A DNA stretch of 64,000 bases from a virus (taxonomy: Duplodnaviria; Caudoviricetes): positions 32,001 through 96,000 of the IMG/VR virus record IMGVR_UViG_3300011977_000007. One strand, written 5' to 3'. A model generated the notes under the pieces. That model did not search any database, was not told the origin of the DNA, and was given only the letters and a program-made list of their open reading frames with translations. This document shows positions 11,079 to 22,892 of this stretch, one piece after another. Position 1 is the stretch's first letter, and every line of letters starts with the position of its first letter. A program made the translations under genes and the position numbers.

Positions 11079-11153
11079 TTAATACGCCGTGGATACTATC
11101 CATGGCGCTATCTTTAACATTTTATTAAAATAATAAATAAAGGAGGAAATATA

Positions 11154-12026
11154 ATGGCTGTTAACGCTAAATTAACCCAAAATATTAAGGGCAAAAAGCA
11201 AATTATACATCCTGAAACTAGTGCTGAGCAAGTTTTATATGGTAATTCTACTGTTAAAAAAGCATTAGATGATTTAAAAAATGGATCATCTGGTAGCGGT
11301 AGTGGCGGATCTGAAAGGTTCGATAGAACAGATAAAACTTCAACTACAGTAGGCGGATTACCAGCTGGATCTTCTGTTAAAGATAAAACAACTAAAGAAG
11401 TTTTGGAATCTATTTTATTCCCATATCAAAAACCAGGAGTTTCTTTTTCTATTAATCCTTCTACTTCAGTATATGAAGTAGGAAACTCTATTCCGAGTAT
11501 TACATTCTCTATTAATGCTACAAAGCATAGCAATAATATTGAGAATATTAAAGTATATGTAGGAGGCACTTTGGTTACTACAATTACTGATAAAGTAGCA
11601 AATGGTGGTACATTCTCATATACTTATAATACTGCGATTAATACTAATACTACTTTTAAAGTAGAAGTATCTGATGATACTAATACTGTATCTGCTACTA
11701 AGAGTGTTACATTTACTAATAAATCTTATTTTGGATTTATTGCCGATGGTGTAACCGTAACAGATGCTGTAGTTAAAGCATTACAAAATAATAATCTTAA
11801 GACCACTAAAGCTTTAAGCTATAATGGTATTACTGCAACTAATTCTAAAATTGTATATGCTTATCCTAAATCATTTGGAGCTTTATCATCTATTCTTGAT
11901 GGTAGTGGTTTCGAATATATTTCTAGTTATACTAGAACAGAAGTAACAATTGATGGGGTAGATTACTATGTATATACTCTTACCGATCCTGTTACTGTTG
12001 ATGGTTTCTTACAGACTTATGCATAA
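11154..12026 (+). CDS. Virion structural protein (Ig-like)
   Basis: IHPETSAEQV N-terminus; ~230-aa C-terminal part paralogous to the 12049 product. Confidence 0.6.
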   Translation: MAVNAKLTQNIKGKKQIIHPETSAEQVLYGNSTVKKALDDLKNGSSGSGSGGSERFDRTDKTSTTVGGLPAGSSVKDKTTKEVLESILFPYQKPGVSFSINPSTSVYEVGNSIPSITFSINATKHSNNIENIKVYVGGTLVTTITDKVANGGTFSYTYNTAINTNTTFKVEVSDDTNTVSATKSVTFTNKSYFGFIADGVTVTDAVVKALQNNNLKTTKALSYNGITATNSKIVYAYPKSFGALSSILDGSGFEYISSYTRTEVTIDGVDYYVYTLTDPVTVDGFLQTYA

Positions 12027-12048
12027 TGTGAAAAGAGAGGTGTTTTAA

Positions 12049-13212
12049 ATGGCAATTCAAATTGGTGCTAATTTTTCATTTAAAGGAAAGAAGTTTCTTG
12101 ATGACAGACAATCATTTGATACTTTAGCTGAGATGAAGTCCTTTATCGAATCCGGGTTACCAGAAGGATTCCTTGCTTATAATAAAGAAACAGATAAATA
12201 CTATAAGTTTAATTCAACAAATGAAGATGATGCTACTCTTGGAAAGTGGAAAGAGTATGCTACAGGTGGCGGTCATACTCATGATAATAAAGATTTGCTC
12301 GATACATTAATTAATACTGGAGCTGGAGATAAGTTTTTAGCAGATGATGGAAAATATAAATCTGTCTTTGTTATTAGCAATGAAGCTCCTACTGATACCG
12401 GAGTATTCTGGATTGATGATACTGATGCTACTAAGTTATTACTTAAGATTCATAAGAGTGATGAAGATGGATGGGTAACTATTAGTGCCGCTGGTGGTGA
12501 TAAGATTACTAGAGCTGATACTACAACTGTTAAAGTTGGTGGTTTAGATGCTGGATCTTCCGTTAAAGATAAGTCCGTTGCAGATATTCTGGAATCTATC
12601 TTATTCCCATATCAGAAACCAGAAGTTTCTATTTCTATCAATCCTGCAGCTACAATTTATGAGATTGGTGCTACAGTTTCTAGCATTACATTTTCAATTA
12701 CTGCAACGAAGAAGAGTAAAGATATTACATCTATCAAGATTTATGATGGAACCCAGTTAATTAATACCATTACTGATGATGTAGCTAATGGTGGTACATT
12801 CTCATATACTTACTCATGTAATATTACTACTAATACTTCATTAAAGGTTGAAGTAACTGATGGAACTAGTACAGCGTCTGCAGTTGAGGGTATTGTATTT
12901 ACTAACAGATCTTACTATGGTTTCGTAGCTAATAATGCGACTGTAGATGATACTGCTGTTAAGGCATTACAGAAGAATAGTCTTAAGACTACTAAGGATC
13001 TTACTTATTCTGGTATTACGTGCTCATTCTCTAAACTCGTATATGCTTACCCTAAGTCATTCGGTACATTAAAGTCTATCTTAGATAATAATGGATTCGA
13101 TTATATTAGCTCTTATGAATGCAAGGAAGTAGCTATTGATGGGGTAGATTACTATGTATATGTAATGAAGGATGCTACAACTGTAGATAACTTTAAGCAG
13201 ATTTATGCTTAA
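12049..13212 (+). CDS. Virion structural protein (shared N-module plus Ig-like domain)
   Basis: MAIQIGANF module plus the domain shared with 11154 (VGGL.AGSSVKDK...ESILFPYQKP). Confidence 0.6.
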   Translation: MAIQIGANFSFKGKKFLDDRQSFDTLAEMKSFIESGLPEGFLAYNKETDKYYKFNSTNEDDATLGKWKEYATGGGHTHDNKDLLDTLINTGAGDKFLADDGKYKSVFVISNEAPTDTGVFWIDDTDATKLLLKIHKSDEDGWVTISAAGGDKITRADTTTVKVGGLDAGSSVKDKSVADILESILFPYQKPEVSISINPAATIYEIGATVSSITFSITATKKSKDITSIKIYDGTQLINTITDDVANGGTFSYTYSCNITTNTSLKVEVTDGTSTASAVEGIVFTNRSYYGFVANNATVDDTAVKALQKNSLKTTKDLTYSGITCSFSKLVYAYPKSFGTLKSILDNNGFDYISSYECKEVAIDGVDYYVYVMKDATTVDNFKQIYA

Positions 13213-13232
13213 TTAAAGGAGGTTGTTCTATT

Positions 13233-15221
13233 ATGCCAATTCAGATAGGGGACAACTTTCAATATAGAGGAAAGAAACCTTTGGATAATAGAAATAGTTT
13301 TGATACGACTTCTGAAATGAAGTCGTATCTTGACTCCTTTATTGATGAAGGTCATATCTCATATTGTAAAGAAACAAATAAGCATTATAAATATAATTCG
13401 TCTAATGAAGATGATCCTGTTTTAGGAAAATGGAGAGAATTTAATTCTGGTTCTTCTTCTGGTTCTGGAGATTCTACTCCTGCTAACATTATTGAAGTCA
13501 CCGATTTAATTAATACACCAAAAATTGGTGCTCAGCAAACTGTAACTTCAACAGATTTGAAAGCTAATATTTCTGATTTGAAAGTAAATCAGTTGGTATA
13601 TGATACCAGTGGATATATTGCTAAGATTGATTCTATCGATTCCACTCAAGATCAAATAGTATTAAAGGTTATTCATTACAATCCAAATTCTTCAGCTATT
13701 ACAGTAATCCCAGAACCAAATGATGATTCTAAATTATATTTTAGATCCAGAGAAGATGGGCAAAGTGCTGGTAAATGGATTGAATTTACTTCGGTAGATG
13801 GTACTAATATAAACGTAAAATTAAACGAAAAAGATAGCTCAAACACTACAGATGCAGATTATATACCTAAGCACGGAGAATTAGTTTACGATACTAATAA
13901 AAATATAATTGTACTTGGCGATGGTAAAACTAAATTGATTAATTTAAGAGCATTCTATTCAGTGGCTGTAACTGCACAAGATATTTTAAAATCTTTAGGA
14001 TTTACACCTGAGAATATTTTAAATAAAGGGCAACCTAATGGGTATGCTGGATTAGACGCTAATGGAATAGTTCCAGAGGCAAACCTTCCAGCAAGTGTTA
14101 CAAGTTCTTATAGTAAAGCTGATATTGATAAGAAGGATTCAGATGTATTAAATAGTGCTACTACTTTAGTAAATACCGAGGCTTCTACAGCTAGAAGTAA
14201 TGAAAATAAGATAAAGACAGATTTATCTAATCATACAAGTAATTTAGTTATTCATGTTACTCAAGATGATAAAGATAATTGGAATAAAAAAGTAGATCCT
14301 TCTGCATTAACTAATTATGATACTCATATTGCCGACGCTACAATTCATGTTACTCAGGCAGATAAAGATAAATGGAATGGCATGAATAAGAGTTACTTTG
14401 TGCAAAATATTTCTGATTTACCAACTACTGATAATGATATTGGTAATATTGGATATGTGCAAACATCAGCTGCTGGTATTACCCCTATAGCATGTGCTAC
14501 TTATATTTGGGACGGTACTCAATGGTTACAGTTAGATCAAACTCAAGTATCATTACAGTTTACTTGGAGTAATATAAGTGGAAGACCTAATGCTACGGCA
14601 TTAAAGATTGATGAAGCCGTAAATAGCTCTCATAAGCATAATAATAAAGGCGTATTAGATAAGATTTCTCAATCCGCTAATGGTAATTTTGTATTTAATG
14701 ATGTTGAGATTGGTATTAAGGTTATCTTTGAAGATACTGAAAAAGATTTACCTGATGCTGGTGCTGAAGATACTTTATATGTAGTATATAGAGATTCTCG
14801 TGTAAGAAATTACCCATCTATATCTGTATATAAAGACAAAGCATATCAAGTACTTGGTAGAGGTGCTCAAGATATACCTCAACAAGTAGGAGATATGAAT
14901 ATATTACAGCATGAATATTTTTCTGCTGCTAAGGGTGCACAGGTAATAATTAATGTAAATTCAAATCAATATTTTGCATTTTTACCTGTAGAAATATTAA
15001 AGAAAACTGAAGGTTTAAAAGCTCAAGATAAAGTAATACTTACAACTAATGATAGTGATAAATTTGTATATGATAAAGATCTTATTGCTGTATTAAATAG
15101 CGGGATAATTATTTCTCTTCAATCTATCCCATTAAAACTCGATAGTTCATCTGAGGGAACACATATGCTGTATGAAGATGTAGACTTATCGAAATATAAA
15201 GATATAAATTATATTGGATAG
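13233..15221 (+). CDS. Tail fibre protein
   Basis: MPIQIGDNF module; GELVYDT...GDGKT, KGQPNGYAGLD and IHVTQ.DK..WN fibre motifs. Confidence 0.65.
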   Translation: MPIQIGDNFQYRGKKPLDNRNSFDTTSEMKSYLDSFIDEGHISYCKETNKHYKYNSSNEDDPVLGKWREFNSGSSSGSGDSTPANIIEVTDLINTPKIGAQQTVTSTDLKANISDLKVNQLVYDTSGYIAKIDSIDSTQDQIVLKVIHYNPNSSAITVIPEPNDDSKLYFRSREDGQSAGKWIEFTSVDGTNINVKLNEKDSSNTTDADYIPKHGELVYDTNKNIIVLGDGKTKLINLRAFYSVAVTAQDILKSLGFTPENILNKGQPNGYAGLDANGIVPEANLPASVTSSYSKADIDKKDSDVLNSATTLVNTEASTARSNENKIKTDLSNHTSNLVIHVTQDDKDNWNKKVDPSALTNYDTHIADATIHVTQADKDKWNGMNKSYFVQNISDLPTTDNDIGNIGYVQTSAAGITPIACATYIWDGTQWLQLDQTQVSLQFTWSNISGRPNATALKIDEAVNSSHKHNNKGVLDKISQSANGNFVFNDVEIGIKVIFEDTEKDLPDAGAEDTLYVVYRDSRVRNYPSISVYKDKAYQVLGRGAQDIPQQVGDMNILQHEYFSAAKGAQVIINVNSNQYFAFLPVEILKKTEGLKAQDKVILTTNDSDKFVYDKDLIAVLNSGIIISLQSIPLKLDSSSEGTHMLYEDVDLSKYKDINYIG

Positions 15222-15235
15222 GCGGTGAAATTAAT

Positions 15236-16921
15236 ATGGGAACAATTTTACAATTTAAATCATGCGCATATGGCGGTGAATATACTGGTTATAATACTAC
15301 CCCTACTAATATATATTATGGATCTATGTATACGCCTGATAAAATAGGCGCATATATTAAAGAATGCTATAAAAATGATCCTAATATGGTAAACGTAGAG
15401 GGTATTGGATATGGATGGCAAAAATATACCGTTCCATATACATCTAAACTTAAATTTAGTGTTAGAGGAGCTGCTGGAGGAACCACATCAAGTGGCGCTG
15501 CTTCAATAGATCCAGTTACTGGTAAGGTAACTGGTAGCCTTAATAGACCTGGTAGAGGAGCAAAAATTGAAGGTGCGTGTTTACTTAATAAGGGTTCAAT
15601 TATATATATCTTAGTTGGTTGTAGAGGTTGGTCATCTAATGGCACTGCTTGGGGTAGTGGTGGTGGAGGAGCATCTGTAGTATTATTAGATAATCCTTCT
15701 GGTGCTTATACATTTACGCCCGTTAATAGAAAAGTTGATGTATTATTTGTTGCTGGCGGTGGTGCTGGTGCATATGTATGCTCGAGAATAGATTCGAGTA
15801 GATATGGAAACGATGCCGATATAAAGAATGGAACCAGTACAGGGGCTGGAAGTTCTAATAAAGCAAGTGGTGGTGCTGGATTAACTGCTGGAACTGGAGG
15901 GGATGAAGGTAATGCATATGCTATATTATCTGGAAATCCAAGTACTACCTCTAGTCCATATTATGGAGGATGGGGCGGTGGAGGAGTTTCATGGAATGGT
16001 GGTGGAGGAGGCGGTGGCTATAGCGGCGGAAATGCTACCGACTCTGGATTAAGTAATGGTGGAACATCATATATTAACCCCACTCTATGTACTGAAATAT
16101 TTAGAGGATATGCTACACTTGCACAAGATTCAAATAGAAATCTTGAGAATCCTTGGACTGCATATGGATTTGTAGAAATTGAGTTAGGTAGAAGCCCGGA
16201 GAAATATATTCTTGCGAAAGACTCTGATGGATATAAATATTTTAATGGTATTACGTTGCTCGATAATACCACTAATGATTCCGGTAATGATACTTGGGAA
16301 TTATTACCAGACCAGTCTTCTGTTCCAACACAAGATATTTATGAAACCTATGGTAAATATATGATTACTAGCGCTAATGGATTACAGAACAAAGTAAGAT
16401 TTCTTGTAAGTTCTAATGAGGAAGATGATACTATTGATATTTCTGGTAAAGTAAATAAAACTATAGTAGAAACTAAAGATAATAATACATCTGGTATTGA
16501 TACTATTAAGTCTATTACTTTTACCGGAAATACTGCTGGAGCTACAATTAAATTTGCCGTTTCTAAAGATAGCGGCGCTTCATGGCAAACTTATAGTAAT
16601 GGTGTTTGGAAAGATATAGATGTTACTGATAAAGATAAGTTCTTAAATGATGGATGTTATCTTGATCAAATAACTACTATTCCTGTAAATGATTGGAAGG
16701 ATTATCTTTCTAAGACATTAAGGTTTAAGTTCATTATTGATCAGAATGATACTACAGGAAATTTAATTAACGAAATTAAATTTAACGTAGACTTACTTGG
16801 ATCATGGATGCATTTTAAAGAATCGCAAGCTCAGTATGAGTATATTTCTGATACTGAATTAAAGATCACTTTCTTAGAAGCTGGAGATTATAAAGTAAAT
16901 TATTTGGATAAAATATCATAA
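15236..16921 (+). CDS. Glycine-rich virion/receptor-binding protein
   Basis: GAAGG...GRGA...VAGGGAG...GGGGGGYSGG glycine-rich domain. Confidence 0.6.
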   Translation: MGTILQFKSCAYGGEYTGYNTTPTNIYYGSMYTPDKIGAYIKECYKNDPNMVNVEGIGYGWQKYTVPYTSKLKFSVRGAAGGTTSSGAASIDPVTGKVTGSLNRPGRGAKIEGACLLNKGSIIYILVGCRGWSSNGTAWGSGGGGASVVLLDNPSGAYTFTPVNRKVDVLFVAGGGAGAYVCSRIDSSRYGNDADIKNGTSTGAGSSNKASGGAGLTAGTGGDEGNAYAILSGNPSTTSSPYYGGWGGGGVSWNGGGGGGGYSGGNATDSGLSNGGTSYINPTLCTEIFRGYATLAQDSNRNLENPWTAYGFVEIELGRSPEKYILAKDSDGYKYFNGITLLDNTTNDSGNDTWELLPDQSSVPTQDIYETYGKYMITSANGLQNKVRFLVSSNEEDDTIDISGKVNKTIVETKDNNTSGIDTIKSITFTGNTAGATIKFAVSKDSGASWQTYSNGVWKDIDVTDKDKFLNDGCYLDQITTIPVNDWKDYLSKTLRFKFIIDQNDTTGNLINEIKFNVDLLGSWMHFKESQAQYEYISDTELKITFLEAGDYKVNYLDKIS

Positions 16922-16940
16922 AATTAAAAACCATTAAATT

Positions 16941-16969
16941 TGCACTATGGGAATCCCATAGTGCATTTT
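16941..16969 (+). terminator. Intrinsic terminator
   Basis: TGCACTATGGGA-A-TCCCATAGTGCA followed by a T-run. Confidence 0.75.
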
Positions 16970-17168
16970 TGATATTAGCAACATTTCATTAATAGACTGA
17001 TTAGTCTGCTATCACTAAGAAGCATAACTACAAAGAAAAATATATTGAAATTTTTTATTTTAATTATTTATACATTATTTTATTTTTCTCGTAGTATAAA
17101 TATTGCATTCTGCGTATGATTAAATTCATACACTATATTTTTTGCTTCTTAAATATATAGAAAGGAAA

Positions 17169-17723
17169 ATGAATATTATGCAAGTAATAAAAACACCCAC
17201 TGGATTGATTGCTGTTGATGAATTAGCACAATCTATGACTCAAACAGAGTATAATAATTTACCTGCAGATAAACAGAAGGTTGGTACTTATTATATTATA
17301 AGTGGCGATGGTAAACATATAGCTCTTATTATAAAAGATGGTGTTCCACTAGATTCACTTCCTGCTAATAATGCTGCATTTACACCACCTAGTGGTATGA
17401 GTTCAACTACAGTTCAACAAGCTATAACAGAACTTTATAATAATATGAAAAATACACATAAGTCTATTACTGCAGTGGCTCCATCTACTAATTGGACTGG
17501 CAGCGCTGCTCCTTATACTAATAATATTGCTGTTGCTGGAGTAACAGCTAATAATATAGTTGAAGTTGGGTTAAGTAATAATGCGAATGACGATCAAGTT
17601 AAAGCATGTATGAAAGCAAGTATTGCTAAAATAGAACAACAAAACGGAAGATTAATATTATATGCTTATGGTACTAAACCTACGGTGGATATACCATTAT
17701 CATGCGTTATAGTAAATAATTAA
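17169..17723 (+). CDS. Tail fibre adaptor-like protein
   Basis: C-terminal ~75 aa nearly identical to the C-terminus of the 24539 product. Confidence 0.6.
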   Translation: MNIMQVIKTPTGLIAVDELAQSMTQTEYNNLPADKQKVGTYYIISGDGKHIALIIKDGVPLDSLPANNAAFTPPSGMSSTTVQQAITELYNNMKNTHKSITAVAPSTNWTGSAAPYTNNIAVAGVTANNIVEVGLSNNANDDQVKACMKASIAKIEQQNGRLILYAYGTKPTVDIPLSCVIVNN

Positions 17724-17739
17724 TAAGGAGGAAAATATT

Positions 17740-18907
17740 ATGCCAATTATTAATAGACTTCCAATCGGGGGGGGGGGCATCCTCTGAAGTAGGCATTAGT
17801 GACGGTAAAGGAATTGTAAATTTAAATATTTTTACACAAATGGATGAACCTACAAAGAAAGATGGAATTTGGATTAAAACTAATCATAAATATCAGAGAA
17901 TCATAATTAATAAACCTTATGTAGCATCAAATACTGAAACCGAAATATATTATGTACTAAATCCCGTACCATTTGACATTAGTTTTGCTCAGAAATATTC
18001 ATGTCTGCTACATGGAAATATGTATGTTGTAGGTTATATATATAATTCTAATAATGATTCGTGGACTTTTACTAATGAGCCATATGGTGTGTGGTATCAT
18101 AATGATATATATTATGCAACTTATTTGTCTAATGATGATTGGTACATATGTAGATATAATAATGGCAATCCTGTAAAAATATGCAAATTCTTGGAGAGTA
18201 GTGATAGTTTCTATGCAGTTTATAATGATGAAATATATATTAGTAATTTTGAGAATAGCACATATTATTCAATGTTTGTAAAATTTAATGGTAGTGCATA
18301 TACAGAACTTAATCCTAGCGATAGACCATCTGGTATTAGGCAAATAATATCTTATGGCGGATATTTAAATATATTTACTTTAAATGAGCATTATATATAT
18401 AATGCGGCTAATAATACTATAACGTATAAAACCTATCTCCCACGTACATATACAAATGGCTGTTGCGCAAAAGTTACGGTTCACAATAACGAGTTACATT
18501 ATTGTGCATATGATTCACATTATAAATTTAATGATTCTTCCAGTTCGTGGGTACAAGTATCTAAATGCGATGGCTTACCTAGCGATATAGATTATTTGTA
18601 TAGTGCAATTTCGTATAATGGAATTATTTATTTATTTACAGGTAAATATGATAAAAAGTTTATGTGCTTAAAATCTCCATCAGTAGTATATGATCCTAAT
18701 ACTTTAATTTTGCACAAGAAGAATACATATACTGGTACATATCTAACAGCAATTGCTGATACTTCAGCGATTATCGATGATGGAAATAATAATAATCGCT
18801 TTGTTTCCAGTTTCGATGATTGCTATTATTTTGCAGATTCTGCATTTGATTGGACTGCACCGATGTATTATGGTAATGGATCGCAATGGATAAAATTTAA
18901 AAATTAA
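17740..18907 (+). CDS. Poly-G-interrupted putative receptor-binding protein 1 (out of frame as sequenced)
   Basis: TAAGGAGG RBS, ATG 17740 MPIINRLPI, G11 at 17767-17777, then ATC CTC TGA; G10 or G13 fuses the start to ORF 17840..18907. Confidence 0.8.
17767..17777 (+). repeat. G11 homopolymer
   Basis: Directly visible, context CTTCCAATC-G11-CATC. Confidence 0.95.
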
Positions 18908-18952
18908 TATAGAGGATTTATTATCCTCTATAAATTAAAGGAGGGTAATATC

Positions 18953-20153
18953 ATGCCAACAATTAATAGACTCCCAATCGGGGGGGGGGGCATCATCTAG
19001 TGGTGCTGCCGGATTAAATATCTTTACTCAGATGAATGAACCTGAGAAGAAAGATGGTATTTGGATACAAACCAATAATCGATATGAAAAAATAATTACT
19101 GATGCTAGGATTATGGTTAATACAGATAATGGTGTTATAAGTAACAAAAGATATTTGCACTATTCTGGCACTGGTGCCCCCTCTTATTATAATTACAGTA
19201 TTGATTGTGAATATTATAATGGATCGGTATATGGATTGGTTGACTGCCAAAATGGTAGCGAAACCATATGGGTATTGCTTGTACGAATAGATAATAATAT
19301 AATTACCACTATAAATGAAAATAATGTGAAAATTAAATATATAAATAAATACATGGATAAAATATATCTTACATCCGGAACTGATAAATCTGATGGATAC
19401 TCCGTCTCTTCATTATATGTATTAAATAGTCAAATGAATCAAGAAAATTTTTTATCAATACCTATTAGTGATATATGTGGTGTTATTGAGTATAATAATA
19501 CATTACTATTTATTGGTGCTTACAATGAGTATTGCCAATTTGATGGTAATTCATTCACAACTAAGTATACGACTACTGATAATATACATGGTAATTGCGT
19601 TGTATATAACGGATATATATACACATCATCGAATGTTGGTTTATATAGATGGGATACTAATAATATTACTTTAGTATTATCGTCATTTAGAATGAATGGT
19701 CAAATGTGTGTATATAATAATAGTATTTATTATACATATGGTCCTGATTTATATAAATATAATGCAATTGATAATTCTTGTACATTAATATCCGGTAATG
19801 TACTTGATCGAGAAGGTTCAATATTATTATGCACCGATGGATATAAATTATATATGCAGACATTTAATGATAGTTGTGGTCCAGATGATAGTCTTATAAA
19901 AAATATAACTGCTAGAGTTGCCGATTATTCTTTAGCTAAACAAAATTTTGATAATAATACCGTAATATTACAGCGTGGAGAAACCGGAAATGGGAAATAT
20001 CAAACTGCATTTGCTGATTTAACTAAAAGTGTTTCTGGCGTTAATCGTTTTATTTCTGGATTCGATGACGCTTGGTTTTATAGTAGTGGAGGATTTGAAA
20101 ATTGTCCTATGTATTATGGTAATGGATTTCAATGGATAAGATTTAAAAATTAA
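18953..20153 (+). CDS. Poly-G-interrupted putative receptor-binding protein 2 (out of frame as sequenced)
   Basis: AAGGAGG RBS, ATG 18953 MPTINRLPI, G11 at 18980-18990, then ATC ATC TAG; G10 fuses to ORF 19032..20153. Confidence 0.8.
18980..18990 (+). repeat. G11 homopolymer
   Basis: Directly visible, context CTCCCAATC-G11-CATC. Confidence 0.95.
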
Positions 20154-20177
20154 AGAAGGCATTTTGCCTTCTTTTTT
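20152..20177 (+). terminator. Intrinsic terminator after RBP gene 2
   Basis: AAAGAAGGCA-TTT-TGCCTTCTTTTTT. Confidence 0.7.
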
Positions 20178-20202
20178 ATTATTAATTAAAGGAGGCGATA
20201 AA

Positions 20203-21513
20203 ATGCCTGTATTAAATAGAATAAATAGGATGCTTAGTTTTCCTATGAATAGTAGTAGTGGGGTAAGCGGGAAGTATTTTCTCGGTAGTGGACATATTTA
20301 TAATTTTAATGACAATGGTACAATTACTACTATTAATGCCCCATCCAATATATCTTTTTCATCAGCAACAAAAAATGGTAGTTATATTTGCGCTTATCGT
20401 TATAGTGACAGCAACAGTTACTACATTTATCAATATAATGGTGATTCTATAACACAGACCCAAGATATTAGTGCTTATTTAAATAACTATAATTATAGTT
20501 CTAAAATAAATGATGGCAATACATATACAATTAATAGTATTAGTAGCCCTACATTTGCTAATACTGATCAATATATTGTATTTGCAGTATCATTAAAATA
20601 TGCTTCTACTCCTTACTTACATAAAGTATATATATGTGTATTGGAATTAAATAATGGCAAATATGAAATGAGTAAAGTTATAGATTCGAATATGGGTGAT
20701 CAAAATACTGTATCTACAGGCGTATCGCTACGCGGAGTATCCGACGATTTATCATATTTTTTCGTTAGTATCGATACCCCATCCGGTAATACATACGATT
20801 CTTCTTTATATATGATATATGCTAATTCGCCTAATGCATATACAGCATGGAAAATGGATACTGAAAGAGGAACACATATTACAGTTGGATATCCTGGCGG
20901 TTCTTCTAACTGGGATGAAATTCCTAGCTTTTACCTTGCGGATAATAAATATTTTATTACCGATGTAACATCAAGTGATTTTATATACGTATATAAAATA
21001 AATGATCATAGCTCTATTACTAGAACATTTACAAGTGATTATTGCCCGCTACATACGTCAATTTCCATTAAAAATATTGAGTACATTAATAATGATTATA
21101 TAGCGCATTATACGTATAGTTATAGTAGTGACAGTTACGATCAATATTATAATTGTATATATAGGTTACAGGATAGTATTTATAATTATCGTTATTCGTC
21201 GGAACGAGAAAATGTTAATATTGGATTTTATGATTATTATGTTATACTTATAGATGATTATAGTAGAAAGACATATTATAAGTCTTCAGACGGTAAATCG
21301 TTATACGTTAAAAATAATAAATATTATCTTAATGGTAGCGAAAATAATGTAGTGACCACTGGAGAATCGGAAGTTTCAACTATGATATATCATACTAATA
21401 GTGATAACTATAATGATAGAATTTCCATAGGAAGCTATTATGGATATGATGATAATAACGGAAATTATAAATTCTTTAATATGGCAGCAAGCGTATACGG
21501 CGGCCCTTATTAA
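20203..21513 (+). CDS. Tyr/Asn/Ser-rich putative receptor-binding protein without a G tract
   Basis: AAGGAGG RBS, ATG 20203 MPVLNR, uninterrupted frame. Confidence 0.7.
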   Translation: MPVLNRINRMLSFPMNSSSGVSGKYFLGSGHIYNFNDNGTITTINAPSNISFSSATKNGSYICAYRYSDSNSYYIYQYNGDSITQTQDISAYLNNYNYSSKINDGNTYTINSISSPTFANTDQYIVFAVSLKYASTPYLHKVYICVLELNNGKYEMSKVIDSNMGDQNTVSTGVSLRGVSDDLSYFFVSIDTPSGNTYDSSLYMIYANSPNAYTAWKMDTERGTHITVGYPGGSSNWDEIPSFYLADNKYFITDVTSSDFIYVYKINDHSSITRTFTSDYCPLHTSISIKNIEYINNDYIAHYTYSYSSDSYDQYYNCIYRLQDSIYNYRYSSERENVNIGFYDYYVILIDDYSRKTYYKSSDGKSLYVKNNKYYLNGSENNVVTTGESEVSTMIYHTNSDNYNDRISIGSYYGYDDNNGNYKFFNMAASVYGGPY

Positions 21514-21546
21514 ACATATTTAATTTAATTTTTAGGAGGATTAATA

Positions 21547-22510
21547 ATGTCAATTTTAAATAAACTTCCAATTGGGGGGGGGGGCATCTGATAATACTTC
21601 CTCTGGAGAATTATTTACTAAAGATGCAATAATATCAAATGCATACTATTATTTTGATCAAATGGTACATTGTGCAACTTCAGATACGATTGTATTAGGT
21701 TATCATTTTTATTCCGATAATAAATATTGGTTTAGAAGATATACATATAAAAATAAAGTATTTACTATGTTACCTTCATTAGACCAGGTATGGAGCTCTG
21801 TAGCACGATATATCTTAGTATCAACAGATACTAGGGTATATCTTAATATAGCATCTGGATATATATATGAATACGATAATAATGATTTAGAAAATTGGAT
21901 TAATAGATATAATGATAATAATATATTTAATAGTGGGAATGGATGTGCATGTATGTTTAATAATAATATGTATGTGGTTGTTAATGATTATAATTACGTT
22001 AATGGGAATTACGAATATAATACTAATATATATTCATATGATTTTACAACCTATACGCTGTTATATTCATCTAGCTTTATTTATAATTATGCAGTACATC
22101 AGTGTATATATTATAACGGAGATATATATTTAAGATTTGGAAATCATTCTGGGGTAAAAGTATTTAATATATTAAATCATAATAATATTACAGATTTAGC
22201 TACTCCAATGAAGTATATTGGATCGATATGCGTATATAATCAATGCATATACTTTATTAGCGGAGCACAGGTAGAAGCGCAGAGGCTTTTTTATAAATAT
22301 GATGGAACTCAGTTTACATTAATATGTGATTTAACAAATCATATGAAATGTAATTATAGTTCCGATAGTATTATAATGGAAGTGATAAATAATAAATTAT
22401 ATCTTTTAGGAGATTGTATAGATAAAAGTGATAACCAAAATAGCGTATATATCTATAACTCTACGGATGGCGATTCATTTACTAAAGTATCTTGGTTATG
22501 TAGTAAGTAA
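21547..22510 (+). CDS. Poly-G-interrupted putative receptor-binding protein 3 (out of frame as sequenced)
   Basis: AGGAGG RBS, ATG 21547 MSILNKLPI, G11 at 21574-21584, then ATC TGA; G10 restores the frame of ORF 21572..22510. Confidence 0.8.
21574..21584 (+). repeat. G11 homopolymer
   Basis: Directly visible, context CTTCCAATT-G11-CATC. Confidence 0.95.
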
Positions 22511-22587
22511 TATTTTATAATTTTTAAAACAATTTAATAAATAAATATTTTTATTTACAATCAAATGGTGAAAGGAGACTATTCAAT

Positions 22588-22878
22588 ATGGCTAAGATTG
22601 ATAGTGGAAAAACTTTAGACAACAAGAAAATTGAGTATGAGATTCTTGACGATGGATATGATATCTATTTAGGTGGAAATCTTTGGATTACTCAGCACGC
22701 TCAGTATGGAAAACCGATTGATCCTGAAGGAACTTACGAAGAGAATTGTAAGAAACAGATTGAACAGATCACAACGGTTCCGGAACCAACTGTAACTCCA
22801 CAGGATAAGTTACGTGCAGATGTAGATTATCTTGCACTTATCACCGGTGTTGACTTAAATGAAAATGTATTAGCTTAA
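22588..22878 (+). CDS. XkdW-like tail fibre accessory protein
   Basis: LRADVDYLALITGVDL C-terminus; late promoter at 22528. Confidence 0.55.
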   Translation: MAKIDSGKTLDNKKIEYEILDDGYDIYLGGNLWITQHAQYGKPIDPEGTYEENCKKQIEQITTVPEPTVTPQDKLRADVDYLALITGVDLNENVLA

Positions 22879-22892
22879 GGAGGAAATATATT

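Noticed and set aside
241-15221. Stop-codon reassignment (TAG or TGA), as seen in some gut jumbo phages
   Set aside because: Coding density is high under code 11. TAG stops at 921, 2616 and 15221 are followed directly by an RBS and a new gene. Gene fragmentation is explained by introns and G tracts.
15980-16030. G-rich glycine codon run as another slippage tract
   Set aside because: Mixed GGT/GGA/GGC codons, in frame and not a homopolymer. This contrast supports the pure G runs at 17767-23246 being special.
16922-17168. Possible ncRNA or riboswitch in the long leader before 17169
   Set aside because: Only a terminator, a late promoter and small AT-rich hairpins are visible; no recognisable family.
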